A stretch of DNA of 27,413 nt. Origin: a virus (Duplodnaviria; Heunggongvirae; Uroviricota; Caudoviricetes). This document shows, piece by piece, positions 27,151 through 27,413 of the stretch. The notes beneath the pieces were generated by a model that was not told the DNA's origin, ran no database searches, and saw nothing but the letters and a program-made list of their open reading frames with translations. The position numbers were made by a program, and so were the translations under genes. Within the stretch, counting starts at the first letter, position 1. Each line of letters begins with the position of its first letter. The stretch lies in IMG/VR virus record IMGVR_UViG_2634166457_000011. The stretch is one strand, 5' to 3'.

Positions 27151-27361
27151 TGTTCAACCGCCCCGCCCGCTTCGTCTTACGATATTCGTCATAAACTTTG
27201 GGATCATACTGAAGCTCCCCGCCAGATGCCTCCTGTAGACGCATCGCGCGACCTTCAGGAACCAGTATCCCCCAAGCAGCAACACTTGCCAGTCTCACTC
27301 CTGCGGCATTGGCAAGCTTTGTTTTGCTGCCAAAAAAAGTAATTGCGTCAGCTTTAAGCAT
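27134..27361 (-). CDS. Cro/YdaS-like HTH DNA-binding protein
   Basis: MLKADAITFFGSKTKLANAAGVRLASVAAWG...; AGAGGGGG SD before the ATG at 27361; first gene of the rightward-type early operon. Confidence 0.6.
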   Translation of the reverse strand: MLKADAITFFGSKTKLANAAGVRLASVAAWGILVPEGRAMRLQEASGGELQYDPKVYDEYRKTKRAGRLNNENHS

Positions 27362-27374
27362 CAAAGCCCCCTCT

Positions 27375-27393
27375 TGTTAGACTTTTTCTAACA
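27375..27393. promoter_or_regulatory. Perfect 19-bp palindrome TGTTAGA-CTTTT-TCTAACA (candidate repressor/Cro operator)
   Basis: Read directly; located 14 bp upstream of the Cro-like start codon, with an ATAATG -10-like element just beyond. Confidence 0.5.
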
Positions 27394-27413
27394 TTATTGT
27401 GCGCGGGATACCT

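Overview
This 27.4 kb window reads as the right-to-left arm of a Qin-like lambdoid prophage of Escherichia/Shigella type, with almost all genes on the minus strand. Every call rests on reading the sequence and on recalled similarity to lambda and E. coli K-12 proteins; no database search was run. In transcription order (high to low coordinates) it holds: a Cro-like/CII-like immunity edge with a 19-bp palindromic operator; an O-like replication initiator containing an iteron array (putative ori); a plus-strand cargo pair (LysR regulator + SRPBCC protein); a hok type I toxin locus; a DUF968 (YdfU-like) gene and Q antiterminator followed by a pR'/tR'-like promoter-terminator pair; a lysis cassette (pinholin, SAR endolysin, Rz with embedded Rz1) interleaved with morons (cspB, cspI, ydfR-, gnsB-, ynfN-, ydfO-like); a lambda-like cos site; then terminase Nu1/A, gpW, portal, a ClpP-like protease fused to the major capsid protein, head-tail joining genes, and tail genes Z, U, V, G/G-T, H, M, L and the start of K. 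The most notable observations are an in-frame amber stop in tail gene L, the protease-capsid fusion, the hok locus without relBE, and the LysR/SRPBCC cargo. I did not identify a clearly novel multi-gene system; the region looks like a largely conventional lambdoid prophage with a few anomalies worth checking.
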